A stretch of 64,000 nucleotides of DNA, taken from positions 288,001-352,000 of the forward strand of contig CAWEYL010000003.1 in the NCBI GenBank assembly GCA_963813335.1. Reading direction: 5' to 3'. A program made the translations under genes and the position numbers. Below are positions 62,668-64,000 of the stretch, one piece after another. Each line of letters starts with the position of its first letter. Within the stretch, counting starts at the first letter, position 1. Origin of the DNA: an uncultured Chloroflexia bacterium. GTDB taxonomy: Bacteria > Chloroflexota > Limnocylindria > Limnocylindrales > CSP1-4. The notes beneath the pieces were generated by a model. That model was not told where the DNA came from. It saw nothing but the letters and a program-made list of their open reading frames with translations, and did not search any database.

Positions 62668-63636
62668 TCACACGGTGATCGCGACCTTCCCCTGCGCATG
62701 GCCGGCTCCGACGTGGTCGATCGCCTGCGCTGCGCTGCTCAGGGGATAGGTACGATCCAGGACAGGCATGACCTTGCCGGCCTCGATCAGCGCCTTGAGG
62801 GCGACGAGATCGGCATGGTTCGTGGAGACGAGGAACCGCCCGAGGCGCTGCGTGCCGAACCGGAACAGGAACGTCGCACGGATGAGCCGGCCCGCACTCG
62901 CGAACCATCGGTTTCCGAAGTTCCCGCCGTTCGGGATGAGCACGCCCGTGGGGCTCAGCGCCCGGCGCAGGCTGGACAGCGAGTGGTTGGAGACGTTGTC
63001 GAGGATGACGTCGTACAGCTTCCCCTTGCTGGTGAAGTCCTCCGCCGTGTAGTCGATCGCGTGGTCGGCCCCGACCGAGCGGAGGAGGTCGAGGTTCCGC
63101 GTGCTCGCGACCGCGGTGACCTCGGCGCCGAGCGCCTTGGCGATCTGGATGGCGAATGTGCCGATGCCGCCTGATGCCCCGTTGATCAGGACCGCCTGTC
63201 CGGGGCGGACCTTGCCGTGGTCCCGGATGGCCTGGAGGGCCACGAGGCCCGCCATCGGGACCGTGGCGGCCTGCTCGAAGGTCAGGTTGGCCGGCTTCAT
63301 GGCCAGCTCGTCCTCGGACGCGGCGGCGTACTCGGCGTACGAGCCGGTGGACGCGCCGAACACCTCGTCCCCGGGCTTGAACCGCGTCACGCCGTTGCCG
63401 ACGGCCGCCACGTACCCGGCAACATCCGTCCCGCGGACGCCGACCTTGGGCCGGCGCAGCCCGTAGACGGGACGCGCGATGTACGGCAGTCCGCTCATCA
63501 CCGCCCAGTCGGCCGGGTTGACGCCGGCGGCACGGACGCGGACGAGCACATCGTGCTCGCCGATCTCGGGTCGCTCGATCTCCCGTAGCGCGAGCGTCTC
63601 GCCTGAGCCGTAGTTGTCCTGAACGATCGCCTGCAT
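62668..63636 (-). CDS. NAD(P)-dependent MDR oxidoreductase (quinone-reductase-like)
   Basis: VRAAGVNPAD, GTDVAG, INGASGGIG, IDYT.EDF, GHAQGKVAI. Confidence 0.92.
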   Translation of the reverse strand: MQAIVQDNYGSGETLALREIERPEIGEHDVLVRVRAAGVNPADWAVMSGLPYIARPVYGLRRPKVGVRGTDVAGYVAAVGNGVTRFKPGDEVFGASTGSYAEYAAASEDELAMKPANLTFEQAATVPMAGLVALQAIRDHGKVRPGQAVLINGASGGIGTFAIQIAKALGAEVTAVASTRNLDLLRSVGADHAIDYTAEDFTSKGKLYDVILDNVSNHSLSSLRRALSPTGVLIPNGGNFGNRWFASAGRLIRATFLFRFGTQRLGRFLVSTNHADLVALKALIEAGKVMPVLDRTYPLSSAAQAIDHVGAGHAQGKVAITV

Positions 63637-63828
63637 CGGATCTCCTTCCCTCGGGTCGGCGCCGCTCCTGATCGGAGTGCGCTTACTGCACGCTAGGGAG
63701 GACGCTGCCCTGTTCCATCCGGACGAACACGTACTCGGCACTTAGGACCGCGCGGGACGGGGGACTACGTACCCGCTCGGTGTTCCCCGCGATGTGGTGG
63801 AACCACCGAGCCAGCGACCATCCGGACC

Positions 63829-64000
63829 ATGCCTACCTACTTGATCGAGGTACACATGGCGGACGCAGACACGCTCGAGCTGGAGCGCGCCACGCGGATG
63901 CTGGTAGCCGCTCAGTCCCGGATGCGCGGGCAGGCGAGCTTCGCGCGAATGATGTTCGCTGGTCTCGATCGCGCCGATGGTCGGCTCGTCTACGTGGTCG
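63829..64000 (+). CDS. Hypothetical protein, truncated by the window end
   Basis: MPTYLIEVHMADADTLELERATRML..., open to the window edge. Confidence 0.55.
   Translation, partial: MPTYLIEVHMADADTLELERATRMLVAAQSRMRGQASFARMMFAGLDRADGRLVYVV

Overview
Very GC-rich bacterial DNA. The gene content (many PT/PS-linker lipoproteins, F420-type oxidoreductases, MalT-like LuxR regulator, DUF4386/DUF1269/SHOCT proteins) suggests a soil or sediment Chloroflexota or Actinomycetota; this is inference only. About 70 CDS were found, with no rRNA, tRNA, CRISPR array, integrase or transposase recognised. Main content: csaA, fdhD, metH, betA, an AlkA-type glycosylase, RlpA, a split sugar ABC system next to a MalT-like regulator and its DUF4386 operon, a sulfatase island (alkyl sulfatase, arylsulfatase, radical-SAM maturase), a NarL-type two-component system flanked by two secreted-protein genes that share an exact 15-bp box, a ferC/ferB/ferA-type hydroxycinnamate cassette with a palindromic operator, and a DesKR-like ABC/two-component operon. 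Six genes each carry a single +1 insertion, most likely sequencing error. Best novelty candidates: (1) the two-component regulon with a secreted Asp/His (DDHGG) repeat protein; (2) a ~270-nt intergenic fold-back element at ~4.95-5.21 kb; (3) a DUF2652 cyclase-like/SRPBCC fusion; (4) a small ORF directly upstream of the radical SAM/SPASM enzyme. All family assignments are from motif recognition by eye, not database searches.
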